Shown: positions 1 to 11,701, counted from the stretch's first letter. The stretch: DNA of 64,000 nt from Evtepia sp. (GCA_031553635.1 JAVBLH010000019.1:2639-66638), one strand, 5' to 3'. The notes: generated by a model not told the origin, from the letters alone. Numbers and translations: made by a program.

Positions 1-102
1 CATAATATGGGCCGCTATTTCCTTCTCCTCGAAAATAGCGGTGAGTCGGCGCTGATATTCGGCTAAGGCTAAGGGTTCGTCGTCACAAATCGCAATACGC
101 AT
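1..102 (-). CDS. Response regulator receiver N-terminus (LytTR/AlgR-like), runs off window
   Basis: Manual translation MRIAICDDEPLALAEYQRRLTAIFEEKEIAAHIM; IAICDD receiver start; GAGGG RBS upstream. Confidence 0.75.
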   Translation of the reverse strand, partial: MRIAICDDEPLALAEYQRRLTAIFEEKEIAAHIM

Positions 103-279
103 GGTCGTCCCTCTTACTCGCTCACTCCCGCCCAGGGGCAGGAAAACGGGCCGCTTTCTCTCCTATGCTACCCCCTAGTGTACCACATGTTACCACCAAA
201 AGCAATGACACCTTATCGAATTCCATCGGAAATTTCCGCCAGGGGCAGGAGGATTCCGCCGGTTGGAAGCCCGGTTCTC

Positions 280-777
280 CTAGGGCCGTCGGCAGCCCAG
301 GATATGAATGGGCCGCAGGGCCTTGGCGGGATAGGTGGAGAGGGGTCGCCCGTAGGCATCGTCGGAGTGGGCCGCCAGGAGTATGGTGGCGGGGTCCGTG
401 GGGTCCCCTATGCTCACCACCAAGGGGCAGTGGGTGAAGGAGACCCCGTCGAAGGAGAGCTGCAAAAGGTCTGCGGGCTCCAGGGCCGCCAGGGCCGTCA
501 CGGCGCCAAAGGGGCCCTTGCCCTCATTTTTCACCAAAAAGCGGTAGAGATACTCCACCCCCGTCCAGGCGGGGCTGCGGCTGTGGAGGCTGTGGTAATA
601 CCAGCCGAAGGTGGGAGTCTCGTTCATCACCCCGCAGCCGGCGAAGAGGCATTGGGAGGCGTAGTTGGTGCAGTCGCCGCCGATGTTGTCAAAGGCGTAG
701 TAGTTGGGGTTGCGGGAAAAGGCCCAGCGTCGGGCATAGGCCAGGGCCAGGGTGCGCTCATAGGGAAGAACCTGCAT
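280..777 (-). CDS. Putative amidase-domain protein (Amidase_6/YhbB-like)
   Basis: YERTLALAYARRWA, GGDCTNYASQCL and H..LV motifs; start moved to MQVLPY after GAGGTGG RBS. Confidence 0.7.
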   Translation of the reverse strand: MQVLPYERTLALAYARRWAFSRNPNYYAFDNIGGDCTNYASQCLFAGCGVMNETPTFGWYYHSLHSRSPAWTGVEYLYRFLVKNEGKGPFGAVTALAALEPADLLQLSFDGVSFTHCPLVVSIGDPTDPATILLAAHSDDAYGRPLSTYPAKALRPIHILGCRRP

Positions 778-834
778 AAAACCACCTCGGAGAAGGGTAT
801 GCGCCAAAGGTCCCCTTCATGCCCCCGGGGGATG

Positions 835-963
835 ACCACCCCGCCCTATAGGCACCTCTCCGCGGAGGGGAATTGCGTTCTTCGCAGGGTGGAGGAAAAG
901 CCCCAGTCGCATCCCCCGTCCAATTCCCCTCCGCGGAGGGGTGGCACGCAGTGACGGGGTGGT
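835..963 (+). repeat. F1 hairpin repeat, A-spacer-B
   Basis: ACCACCCCGCCCTATAGGCAC..GGAGGGGAATT ... AATTCCCCTCCGCGGAGGGGTGGCACGCAGTGACGGGGTGGT. Confidence 0.9.
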
Positions 964-972
964 TTGATGACC

Positions 973-2220
973 CTACGCCGCCACTCGCCCCTTCACAAAG
1001 CGCTTCGCCAAAAGCCACAGCACCAAGGTACAGCCCACCGCCGGTATGGTGCTGCCCAGGGGTATCTCCAGGGTCAGGAAGAGGCGGTAGCACAAAAAGC
1101 CCAGGGCCCAAAGAAGCCCGTTGACCCACAGGCCCCGCTTAGAAAGCCGCCCCCCGGCCCCCAGAAAACCCTCCGCCGCCAAAATTACCGCCATGGGCAC
1201 GAAAACAGAGCCGATAAGGGTCAAAAAGCCCTCGTAGCGGCTGGGTGTGGCCCCCAGGGCCAAGAGGGTGCCCAAAAGGCAGCAGAAAACCCCCAGAAGC
1301 CGGGGAGAAGCCCATGGCTTCTTCCCCGCGGCTTCCCCGTCAGCCTTCCCGGTGGACGGCTCACCCGTGGGCCCGGATAATCCCAAACACAGCCGGGCGC
1401 TCTCCCCGGCGGAGTACACATCCAAAAAGGTGGTGGTCACGGTGGACAGCAAGACGATGGCCATAGCCGGAAGGCCCAGGCCCGCCGCCAATAAGATGGC
1501 CACCACGTCGCCGCTGCCGGTGTAGAGGGCAGCCACAAGACCCAGGGCATACATCAGGGCGCTGCCAAAGAGATAGGCCAGGCAGCTGCCCAGGGTCAGG
1601 GCCAGGGGCCTTTTGCTCCCCTTGGTGTAGTCCGCCAAGAGGGGCAGCCAGGAGATGGGCATGGCGATGGAAAGCTCCAGGGCCAGCCCAAAGGAGAGGC
1701 CCTCCGTGGGCAGGGCCACCGTACCGCTCCAGCCCCGAAAGATTACAAAAAACAGAGCCGCAGACAGGAGCAAAAGCCCCCCCGCCGCCAGGGCCCCCAG
1801 CTTTTCCAGCCGCCCCAGGCCCACCAGGACCCACAGCAGCACCCCGGCCCCCACCAAGAGGCACCAAAGGGCGTAAGACCCACCCCCGGCGGCGGTGCCC
1901 AGGGCCAGGCCGCCATTGGCGATCATCACCGCCGTCCAGCCCAAAAGCTGCAAAAGGTTCAGCCCCGCGAAAAACCGGGCCCCGGAAGGCCCAAAGGCCA
2001 GGGCGGCGCTCTCCATGGCCCCCAGATTCCTCTTGGCTCCCAGGTAACCCACCAAAAAGAGCCCCACCCCGCCGATGAGATGGCCCAAAAGAATCACCCA
2101 AAGGCCCAGCCAGAGGCCCAGGGGAGCCAGAAGGGCTCCCGTCCAAATTTCCGCCAGGGACACCGCCGCCCCAAACCAAAGGAGGGCGCCCCCCCGCACC
2201 GATAACCGCTGTGTTTCCAT
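973..2220 (-). CDS. cytX: NCS1/cytosine-permease family transporter, probable hydroxymethylpyrimidine transporter
   Basis: About 12 hydrophobic segments; WFGAAVSLAEIWTG and SWLPLLADY motifs; directly downstream of a TPP riboswitch; GGAGG RBS before ATG 2220. Confidence 0.7.
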   Translation of the reverse strand: METQRLSVRGGALLWFGAAVSLAEIWTGALLAPLGLWLGLWVILLGHLIGGVGLFLVGYLGAKRNLGAMESAALAFGPSGARFFAGLNLLQLLGWTAVMIANGGLALGTAAGGGSYALWCLLVGAGVLLWVLVGLGRLEKLGALAAGGLLLLSAALFFVIFRGWSGTVALPTEGLSFGLALELSIAMPISWLPLLADYTKGSKRPLALTLGSCLAYLFGSALMYALGLVAALYTGSGDVVAILLAAGLGLPAMAIVLLSTVTTTFLDVYSAGESARLCLGLSGPTGEPSTGKADGEAAGKKPWASPRLLGVFCCLLGTLLALGATPSRYEGFLTLIGSVFVPMAVILAAEGFLGAGGRLSKRGLWVNGLLWALGFLCYRLFLTLEIPLGSTIPAVGCTLVLWLLAKRFVKGRVAA

Positions 2221-2234
2221 GTTACCTCCCAATC

Positions 2235-2272
2235 AAAAAAGCCGGGCAGGCCGAAAAAAGGCCTACCCCGGC
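2235..2272 (-). terminator. Riboswitch expression-platform terminator
   Basis: Minus strand GCCGGGGTAGGCC-TTTTTTC-GGCCTGCCCGGC followed by T6. Confidence 0.7.
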
Positions 2273-2278
2273 TAAGGG

Positions 2279-2365
2279 GACTCCCTCCGTTGGCATTACC
2301 CAAATCAGGTTTCAGGGTCGAGGCAAAAAGCCTCCTCTCAGCCGAATTTCCAGCGGCTCCCCTTT
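2279..2365 (-). ncRNA. TPP (thiamine pyrophosphate) riboswitch
   Basis: Minus strand GGGGAGC..GGCTGAGAGG..GACCCTGAAACCTGATTTGGGTAATGCCAACGGAGGGAG matches THI-box hallmarks. Confidence 0.88.
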
Positions 2366-2510
2366 TTCTTGTCCCCTTCATTCTACCAGAGAAGAAACCC
2401 CGGCGCAACCACCGATTTTTCTGGTGTCGCCGGGGTTTTTGCGTTATAATAGGTGGCAAAGTACAAAACCCATGAAATAAACCCCGGCACTCAAATCAAG
2501 GAGGTTTCCC

Positions 2511-3395
2511 GTGAAAAAAACCCTCACCTTCCCCGTCCAGACGGCGGACACCCTGCTGCCCTTCCTTCTCCTGAATCTCTCGGGCAAATCCCGCAACTAT
2601 GTAAAAGGCGCCCTCACCCGGGGCCAGGTGGCGGTGGACGGCACCCCCGCCAAAAACCACGCCCAGGCCTTAAGGCCCGGCCAAACCGTGACCATACAGA
2701 TGGGCCAGGATATGAGAGAGGCCTCTTTGCCCTTTCCCATCCTCTTTGAGGACGAGAGCCTTCTGGTGATCGACAAGCCGGCGGGTCTGCTTTCCATGGG
2801 CACAGACCAGGATAAGGAAAACACCGCCTACTACCTTTTGGGCCAGTATCTGCGCCGCAAGGATAAGAGCGCCCAGGTCTTCATTGTCCACCGATTAGAC
2901 AGGGACACTTCGGGCCTTTTGCTCTTCGCCAAGAACAAGGAGACCAAAGACGCCCTACAGGAAAACTGGGAGACTTTAGTGAAGCGCCGGGGCTACCTGG
3001 CCCTGGTGGAGGGCACGGTGGAATCGACAGAAGGCCAACTGCGCTCCTGGCTCCGGGAGACCAAAACCTTTCTGGTGTACTCCAGCCCCCACGAGGGGGA
3101 CGGTAAGCTGGCCGTCACCTCCTACCGCCTTTTGAAGGCCGGGGCGCGGTACAGCCTCTTGGAGCTCTCTCTGGAAACGGGCCGCAAGAACCAAATCCGG
3201 GTTCATATGAAGGATCTAGGCCACCCCGTGGCAGGGGATAAGAAATACGGGGCCACCACCAACCCCTTAAAGCGCCTGGCCCTCCACGCCTCGGCCCTGG
3301 AGATTCAGCACCCCCACACCGGGGAGCTGATGCAGTTTAAGTCCCCCGCCCCGCCGGAATTTTCCAAGGCCTTTTCTAAAAAGCCCAGGAAATAG
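2511..3395 (+). CDS. RluA-family pseudouridine synthase
   Basis: S4-like N-terminus, VIDKPAGL, VHRLDRDTSG, LETGRKNQIRVH, GDKKYG. Confidence 0.92.
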   Translation: MKKTLTFPVQTADTLLPFLLLNLSGKSRNYVKGALTRGQVAVDGTPAKNHAQALRPGQTVTIQMGQDMREASLPFPILFEDESLLVIDKPAGLLSMGTDQDKENTAYYLLGQYLRRKDKSAQVFIVHRLDRDTSGLLLFAKNKETKDALQENWETLVKRRGYLALVEGTVESTEGQLRSWLRETKTFLVYSSPHEGDGKLAVTSYRLLKAGARYSLLELSLETGRKNQIRVHMKDLGHPVAGDKKYGATTNPLKRLALHASALEIQHPHTGELMQFKSPAPPEFSKAFSKKPRK

Positions 3396-3446
3396 GAAGT
3401 GCACCAAAAGAAGCCCCCACCAGCTCGGAATCCCACCAGTTAGGAG

Positions 3447-5108
3447 ATGCGCGCCATGACCAAGGCCCCCCCGAAGTCAGCCCCGGCCCCCGGCCCCACC
3501 CCGGAAAGCTCCGGCAAAAAGCCCAATGCCTGGCAGCGAATGCAGCTGAGCGAGCGGCTTCTTGCCATCATGCTGGCGGTGGCCATGGCGGGGGTGCTGG
3601 TTTCCACCCTCTGCTTTAGCCTCTCCTTCGCCCGCATCCTCCAGGGGGCCAAAGAGGGGGCCGATACCATGTCCCAAACCGTCCACGACATGGTGGAGAG
3701 CGGCTTTTACCAGCAGGAGACCTTCCTCTGGCAGAGCTATGTCCAAACCCAGCAGGAGGAGATTTTTCGCCAGTTGGAGGCCCTGAAAAAAGAGGGCAAC
3801 GCTCCCCACTGGCAGGCCCTGACCCAAGAGGTCTACCAACTCATCGACGATAGGGACAAGGCCCTGGGCATGGGCAACCTGGAGCAGGAATTTGCCACCC
3901 AATTTCTCATTGCCGACGAGAAGCTCTACCTCTACGGCCACCTGGACGAGACGGCCTTCCTCGCCGAAACGGAAACCTTTTTTAAGGACATCTGGGAGGC
4001 GGAATACTTTCCCAACGAGGGCTTTTGGGCCACGGTGACTAAGGATCCCTATGGCAACTACTTTTACCAGGCCCCCGACAGCTATATCATGGTCTGGTAC
4101 CCCTTAGAGGGGGGCGACAGGATAGGACTCTTCGTCTCCAACGAGACCATCGCCAGCCTCTCCTCCACCCTGGACATCGTTCTGGACGAGGCCAGCGTCT
4201 TAGCCCAAGACGCCATGGAAACCCAGGTGCAGCAGTCTCTTCTGGGTCTCTTTTTCGCCCTCTTCATCCTGGTGCTGCTGCTGCCCCCCGTGGCCCGGCG
4301 GCTGGCCCGGGTGGTGGTGACCCCCGTGGAGGCCGAGCAGGAGCGCCAGGAGGGCCTCCTCCAAGAGGCCATCGCCGAGGGGGAGATGCTGGCGGAACTG
4401 GACAGGCTGAAAACCGAGTTTTTAGCCAACATCGCCCATGAATTAAAGACCCCTCTCACCGTGGTCTCCGGCAACGCCCAGGACGCCCGCCGCCGGTTCG
4501 CCAACCTGGGAGAAGCCGCAGACCCGGAGGAGCGAGGGGCCATAGACAGCCAGCTGGGGCGCATCTCCGCCGAGGCCGAGCGCCTGGGGCTCTTGGTGTC
4601 TCAAGTGCTGGACGCCACCCAAATCCAGGAGGGCAGTATGCGCCTGGGCCTGCAAAGGCTCTCGGTGGTGGAGCTCTTAGGCCGCACGGTGGAGGATTAT
4701 TACCCCCTGGTCACCAAGAATCAAAACCGCCTGACCCTGGCCATAGACCCGGCCCTGCCCCCTGTCCGGGCCGACGGGGCCCGGGTTTCCCAAGTGCTGG
4801 TAAACCTCCTTAGCAATGCCATTCGCCACACCCAGGACGGGGAAATCACCGTCACCGCCAAGGCCCGGGGGGCTTTTGTGGAGGTGGCCGTCCGGGACAC
4901 GGGGGAGGGCATCCCGCCCGAGGTGATGGGGCTACTCTTCCAGCGGTTTCGCAGCGGCGCGGGGCCTTCTAAGGGCGGCACGGGCCTGGGGATTTACATC
5001 GCCCGGGCCATCATCGAGGCCCACGGGGGGGAGATTTTTGTGGAAAGCACCCCCGGTGTGGGGACGGTGATGACATTCACCTTGCCGGTGTGGGAGGGGG
5101 ATTGCTGA
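3447..5108 (+). CDS. Membrane sensor histidine kinase
   Basis: Two TM segments, FLANIAHELKTPL H-box, QVLVNLLSNAIRH N-box, DTGEGI and GTGLG G-boxes. Confidence 0.9.
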   Translation: MRAMTKAPPKSAPAPGPTPESSGKKPNAWQRMQLSERLLAIMLAVAMAGVLVSTLCFSLSFARILQGAKEGADTMSQTVHDMVESGFYQQETFLWQSYVQTQQEEIFRQLEALKKEGNAPHWQALTQEVYQLIDDRDKALGMGNLEQEFATQFLIADEKLYLYGHLDETAFLAETETFFKDIWEAEYFPNEGFWATVTKDPYGNYFYQAPDSYIMVWYPLEGGDRIGLFVSNETIASLSSTLDIVLDEASVLAQDAMETQVQQSLLGLFFALFILVLLLPPVARRLARVVVTPVEAEQERQEGLLQEAIAEGEMLAELDRLKTEFLANIAHELKTPLTVVSGNAQDARRRFANLGEAADPEERGAIDSQLGRISAEAERLGLLVSQVLDATQIQEGSMRLGLQRLSVVELLGRTVEDYYPLVTKNQNRLTLAIDPALPPVRADGARVSQVLVNLLSNAIRHTQDGEITVTAKARGAFVEVAVRDTGEGIPPEVMGLLFQRFRSGAGPSKGGTGLGIYIARAIIEAHGGEIFVESTPGVGTVMTFTLPVWEGDC

Positions 5109-5477
5109 TTCCCCATGGGAATGGTGATTTGGTTCTACCATACTGATAGGTGTTTGGTTTTGTACCGCCCTGGCAGGACGGGGGAGCTTGTCTTTTCAGA
5201 CGGAACACCCTTTCTCACGTGAGAAAGGGTGGAAAGAACGCCAAGGGGGCGATTCCCCCTTGGAACCCCCTATGATGAAGTGGGTGCGAGGGCGCGCCTA
5301 CTGGGTGGGTCGTACGATTTGGTGTTACCATGCTCATGTAGGATAGGGTTTTTCTCTGGTTTCTTAAGAAAACGTGGTTTTCGGTAGGAATAAGCTGGTG
5401 GGCCGCAACCGAGGCTGTTTTTGGCTCGGGGCTTTTGTTGTGGTTCACTTTAGGTTGTTTGGGTGACTGAGGTAGTC

Positions 5478-5608
5478 ACCACCCCGCCCTATGGGCACCC
5501 CTCCACGGAGGGGAATTGTGTACTACTGTGAGGCAGCGGAAAACTCAAACCGCATCCCCCGTCCTAATTCCCCTCCTGTGGAGGGGTGGCACGAAGTGAC
5601 GGGGTGGT
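5478..5608 (+). repeat. F1 hairpin repeat, A-spacer-B
   Basis: Both arms intact; spacer GTGTACTACTG..CCCCCGTCCT. Confidence 0.92.
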
Positions 5609-5794
5609 TAACCGCCAGCGCAGCGCGCCCAGGGCTTGGTGTTTCCTCACCAAAGAACCACAGAAAAAAAGGACCCCGGGACAACCAAAGACAGTGGCAC
5701 TCACTGGGTGAAAACGGGCACGCCAAGACGCACCCAAGCCAAATCCCGCCAATTCGTACGGGTGTATCAAAAAAACCTGACCGTCTGCCATCAA

Positions 5795-5931
5795 AATTCC
5801 CCTCCGTGGAGGGGTGGCACGAAGTGACGGGGTGGTTTCGCCAGGTATGGAAACACGGTGACTACAACTGGGTGGTAATTTCAACGTTGAAACCACCCCG
5901 CCCTTTGGGCACCCCTCCACGGAGGGGAATT
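5795..5931. repeat. F1 back-to-back cassette (hairpin-B-55 nt-A-hairpin)
   Basis: 21-bp inverted repeats AATTCCCCTCCGTGGAGGGGT / ACCCCTCCACGGAGGGGAATT enclosing 97 bp (counted from hairpin ends). Confidence 0.92.
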
Positions 5932-6029
5932 GGACGGGGGCGTGAAACTACATCAGAAATGCCCAGCCTTGCACCAAACCAAAAAAGGGTTCAGAAGGAT
6001 GAAAACCTTCCGAACCCTTTTTCACATTG

Positions 6030-7856
<1,827 letters not shown>

Positions 7857-7991
7857 GGAATGGCTCCTCATATTACAATATAAAAAATCGTTACAAACAC
7901 AATATTATACTTGACATCGCAAAATTTTGCAAGGGCCAAATTTTCCTTGGGAGGCCTTTCAAAATTTTTTCAAAAACTTTTCAAAAACCCC

Positions 7992-8036
7992 TTGACTTTC
8001 TCCCTGGTTGTGGTATTGTATTAATCACTTAGTACA
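7992..8036 (+). promoter_or_regulatory. Sigma-A-like promoter overlapped by a probable GntR(YtrA) operator
   Basis: TTGACT (7992) and TATTGT (8014); imperfect palindrome TGTATTAA-TCAC-TTAGTACA at 8017-8036 upstream of the GntR gene. Confidence 0.55.
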
Positions 8037-8088
8037 TTAAGGCAGCGACACAGCGGCAAGACAATAAACTAACACAGGAGGTGTTTCC

Positions 8089-8463
8089 ATGACGTGGCAA
8101 TTTCAAAGCGACCAGCCCATCTACACCCAGCTTATCGCCAAGCTGACCCTGGAGATCGTGGCGGGCCGGTTTCCCCCGGGGAGCAAGTTTCCCTCGGTGC
8201 GTGACCTCTCCCAAGATGCCGGGGTAAACCCCAACACCATGCAAAGAGCACTCACCGAGCTGGAGCGGGAGGGCCTGCTTTTCAGCCAGCGGACATCTGG
8301 AAGATTCATCACGGAGGATTTGGACATGATACAAAACGCCAAGAAAAACTTAGCAAGGGCACACATCCAGTGCTTCGTAGAGGCTATGAAGGATTTAGGC
8401 TACAGCAAGGCCGAGATCATAGACCTGCTGCGCCAAACGGAAGAGAAAGGAGAGGCATCATGA
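8089..8463 (+). CDS. GntR (YtrA subfamily) transcriptional regulator
   Basis: PIYTQL, PSVRDL, VNPNTMQRALTELE; short C-terminus; precedes ABC genes. Confidence 0.9.
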   Translation: MTWQFQSDQPIYTQLIAKLTLEIVAGRFPPGSKFPSVRDLSQDAGVNPNTMQRALTELEREGLLFSQRTSGRFITEDLDMIQNAKKNLARAHIQCFVEAMKDLGYSKAEIIDLLRQTEEKGEAS

Positions 8464-9158
8464 CTGATATTTTAACCTGTAAGGGCCTTTGTAAACGCTA
8501 TAACGCCATCGAAGCCCTAAAATCTGTGGACCTCTCCATCCAGCCCGGGCGCATTGTGGGCCTCTTGGGCCCCAACGGCAGCGGCAAAACCACCCTGATT
8601 AAATTAGCCAACGGTCTTTTAACCCCCACCGCAGGCGAGATTCTGGTGAACGGGGAAAAGCCGGGCAAAACCTCCCACAGCCTAGTCTCCTACCTCCCCG
8701 AGCGGACTAGTGTTCCCCTCTGGATGACGGTGAACCAGCTTTTAGACTTCTATCAGGATTTTTACGCCGATTTCGACCGCCCCGTGGCGGTGACCATGCT
8801 GGAAAACCTGGGCATACCCGGCAAGAGGAAGATCAAGGAGCTCTCCAAGGGCACCCGGGAAAAAGTCCAGCTGGTGATGGTCATGAGCCGCAAGGCGCGG
8901 CTCTACCTTCTCGACGAGCCCATAGGCGGCGTGGACCCGGCGGCCCGGGATTACATTCTCAATACCATCATCGGCAACTATAACCCCGAGGCCTCGGTGG
9001 TCATCTCCACCCATCTCATCGCCGACGTGGAGCCCGTGCTGGACGAGGTCATCTTCATCAACCAGGGCGCCATTATGCTCACCTCCACCGTGGACGACAT
9101 TCGGGAGGAGAAGGGCACCAGCGTAGACGCCCTCTTTAGGGAGGTATTCAAATGTTAG
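8460..9158 (+). CDS. ABC transporter ATP-binding protein
   Basis: GPNGSGKTT Walker A, LSKG signature, LLDEP Walker B; ATGA overlap with GntR stop. Confidence 0.92.
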   Translation: MTDILTCKGLCKRYNAIEALKSVDLSIQPGRIVGLLGPNGSGKTTLIKLANGLLTPTAGEILVNGEKPGKTSHSLVSYLPERTSVPLWMTVNQLLDFYQDFYADFDRPVAVTMLENLGIPGKRKIKELSKGTREKVQLVMVMSRKARLYLLDEPIGGVDPAARDYILNTIIGNYNPEASVVISTHLIADVEPVLDEVIFINQGAIMLTSTVDDIREEKGTSVDALFREVFKC

Positions 9159-9961
9159 GAAAACTGATGAAGGTAGAGTTTCGGGCCACGGCGCGCAGCA
9201 TTCTGCCTCTTTACCTGGTGATTGCCGTTCTCTCTGTGGGCGTGGCCTTTCTAAGTGACTCCCTGGATACCGAAAGCGCCGTGCTGTCGATCTTAAGTGG
9301 TCTGGTGGTCTTCGGCTACGCAATGGCTCTCCTGGCCTCCTTTGTAATGGTCTTCGTTCTCATGATCGAGCGGTTCCGCAAGAATCTCCTCTCCGACGAG
9401 GGGTATGTGATGTTCACCCTGCCTGTTTCCGTCCATCAGCTTCTGTGGTCGAAGATCATCGCCTCCTGCCTCTGGTTCTTGGCAACCCTGGCAGTTGCCT
9501 GCATTTCCACCCTGCCCCTGTTCCTGGCCTCCGGCGGTCTGGGGGATATCATGGATACCCTGCGCCAGCTCTTTTCCATGCTGCACCTGCTCACCCTGGA
9601 GCACGGCATCAATCTCACCGCCTTCCTCTTAGAGGGTCTGCTCCTGTCCTTCTCCGCCTACGCCCTGGGCTGCCTGATGATCTACTTCTCCATCGCCGCA
9701 GGTTACGGCTTCGACAGACGCAAGGGCCTTTACGCCATCCTAATCTTCTTCGGCGTCTGGATCCTGCTGCAAATGGTTCTGGGCACCGTGGCCCTGGGCA
9801 TGGACTATGGCAGCTACATGATCTACATGGAGAACAGCCTGGGTGAGCTTGGCGCCTTCCACAGCATGATGTGGCAGGCCATCGCCGTGAACGCGGTCTT
9901 AGCCGCCCTCTTCTACCTGGGGACCACTTGGATGCTGAAGCATCGATTAAATCTTGAGTAA
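9152..9961 (+). CDS. ABC-2 type permease
   Basis: Six hydrophobic segments, EGYVMFTLPV..SK motif, coupled to the ATPase. Confidence 0.8.
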   Translation: MLGKLMKVEFRATARSILPLYLVIAVLSVGVAFLSDSLDTESAVLSILSGLVVFGYAMALLASFVMVFVLMIERFRKNLLSDEGYVMFTLPVSVHQLLWSKIIASCLWFLATLAVACISTLPLFLASGGLGDIMDTLRQLFSMLHLLTLEHGINLTAFLLEGLLLSFSAYALGCLMIYFSIAAGYGFDRRKGLYAILIFFGVWILLQMVLGTVALGMDYGSYMIYMENSLGELGAFHSMMWQAIAVNAVLAALFYLGTTWMLKHRLNLE

Positions 9962-9992
9962 CTCTCCCCCTCTCTTTTCTCTCGCAGCCCAT

Positions 9993-10036
9993 AAAAGAGC
10001 GCCAGGCCGAAAAAACTCGGTCTGGCGCTTTGCTTT
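9993..10036. terminator. Intrinsic terminator hairpin after the ABC operon
   Basis: AAAAGAGCGCCAGGCCGA-AAAAC-TCGGTCTGGCGCTTTGCTTT. Confidence 0.65.
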
Positions 10037-10067
10037 GTTGTGGTACAACTGCCCTCCTGAGCGAAAA

Positions 10068-10199
10068 ACCACCCCGCCCTATGGGCACCCCTCCACAGAG
10101 GGGAATTAGGACGGGGGATGCGGACGATGGTTTTCCTCTACCTCACAGTAGAACGCAATTCCCCTCCTGTGGAGGGGTGACACGAAGTGACGGGGTGGT
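10068..10199 (+). repeat. F1 hairpin repeat, A-spacer-B
   Basis: Both arms; spacer AGGACGGGGG..GTAGAACGC. Confidence 0.9.
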
Positions 10200-10237
10200 A
10201 ATCCGGCGCAGCGTATATGCTAGGTCTGATGGATTCC

Positions 10238-11614
10238 TCAAATCCCCAAAATCATCTGCGCAAACTGGAAGTAAATTAAGAGCGACATGGCATCCACAAT
10301 GGTGGAAATAAAGGGGCTGGCCATCACCGCCGGGTCTAGGTGCAGCTTGGTGGCGATCATGGGCAGCATACAGCCTACTGTCTTGGCGCAGATCACCGTA
10401 AACACCAGGGTGATGCAGATCACCGCCGCCACCACCAAGGTCACGTCGGTATTGCCCAAGAGGAGCCGGTCCACCAGCAGGAGTTTTATAAAGTTACAGG
10501 AAGCCAAGACTATGCCGCAGATCACCGCCACCCGTATCTCCTTCCAGATCACTTGCAGGGTGTCCTTCAGCTCGATCTCCTGGAGGGAGAGGCTGCGGAT
10601 GACAGCCACGGAGGCCTGGGTGCCGCTGTTGCCCCCTGTGCCCGAGAGCATGGGGATGAAGGCCGTCAGCACCGCGCAGGCTAAGAGGGAATTTTCAAAG
10701 CCGGTGATAATCATCCCCGTAAAGGTGGCCGAAAGCATCAAAATCATCAGCCAGGGGGTACGGGCCCGCACGGTTTCCCAAACCCCGGTGCGCAGATAGG
10801 GCTTGTCGGTGGGGGTAATGCCCGCCATCAGCTCAAAGTCTTCCGTGGCCTCTTCCTGCAAAACGTCCATGGCGTCGTCGATGGTGACGATGCCCACCAG
10901 CCTATCTTCCGTGTCCACCACGGGCAGGGCGATGAAGCTGTACTTGGCGAACATCTGGGCCACGGTTTCCTGGTCCTCCAGGGTGTGAACAGAGACCACA
11001 TTCTGCTCCATGATATCCGCCAGCACCGCCTCTTCGTCGGCCAACAGCAGGCTGCGGATGGAGAGAAAGCCCACCAGGCGGCGGTTATTTTCGGTGATGT
11101 AGCAGGTGTAAATGGTCTCCTTGTCTATCCCCGTTCTGCGGATGCGCTTAAAGGCCTCGGCCACGGTCATATGGGGCCGCAAGCTCACGTATTCCGTGGT
11201 CATGATAGACCCGGCGCAGTCGTCGGGGTAGCGCAGGATTTCGTTAATCATCTTGCGCATTTCGGGGTCTGCTTGCTTTAAGATGCGCTTCACCACGTTG
11301 GCGGGCATCTCCTCCACCAGGTCAACGGCGTCGTCCACGTAAAGCTCGTCCACAACTTCCTTCAGCTCGTTGTCGGAAAAGCCTTGGATGAGTAGCTCCT
11401 GGGCCTCGGGCTCCATTTCCACAAAGGTCTCCGCCGCCAATTCCTTGGGCAAGAGGCGGAAGAGCCGGGGCAATAGCTCCTTGGGCAGCTCCTCAAAGGT
11501 GGCTGCGATGTCCGGCGCGTTCATGGTGACTAAAATTTCCCGGAGGGTTTTGTATTTCCGCTCCTCTAAGAGGACGGAAAGGGTGTTCTCCAGGGGGGAT
11601 AAGCGCTCTGCCAT
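10238..11614 (-). CDS. mgtE: Magnesium transporter MgtE
   Basis: MgtE N-domain, AGSIMTTEY, CBS pair, GNSGTQA, DPAVMASPFISTIVD; GGAGG RBS before ATG 11614. Confidence 0.95.
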   Translation of the reverse strand: MAERLSPLENTLSVLLEERKYKTLREILVTMNAPDIAATFEELPKELLPRLFRLLPKELAAETFVEMEPEAQELLIQGFSDNELKEVVDELYVDDAVDLVEEMPANVVKRILKQADPEMRKMINEILRYPDDCAGSIMTTEYVSLRPHMTVAEAFKRIRRTGIDKETIYTCYITENNRRLVGFLSIRSLLLADEEAVLADIMEQNVVSVHTLEDQETVAQMFAKYSFIALPVVDTEDRLVGIVTIDDAMDVLQEEATEDFELMAGITPTDKPYLRTGVWETVRARTPWLMILMLSATFTGMIITGFENSLLACAVLTAFIPMLSGTGGNSGTQASVAVIRSLSLQEIELKDTLQVIWKEIRVAVICGIVLASCNFIKLLLVDRLLLGNTDVTLVVAAVICITLVFTVICAKTVGCMLPMIATKLHLDPAVMASPFISTIVDAMSLLIYFQFAQMILGI

Positions 11615-11701
11615 TGGTATCTCCTCCCAGCTTTTGATGTTGACGAGGGGGGCGTCGCCCGCCCCCGCCAGCAGGAAGTAAGACACAAAGCGGCCACGGG
11701 G

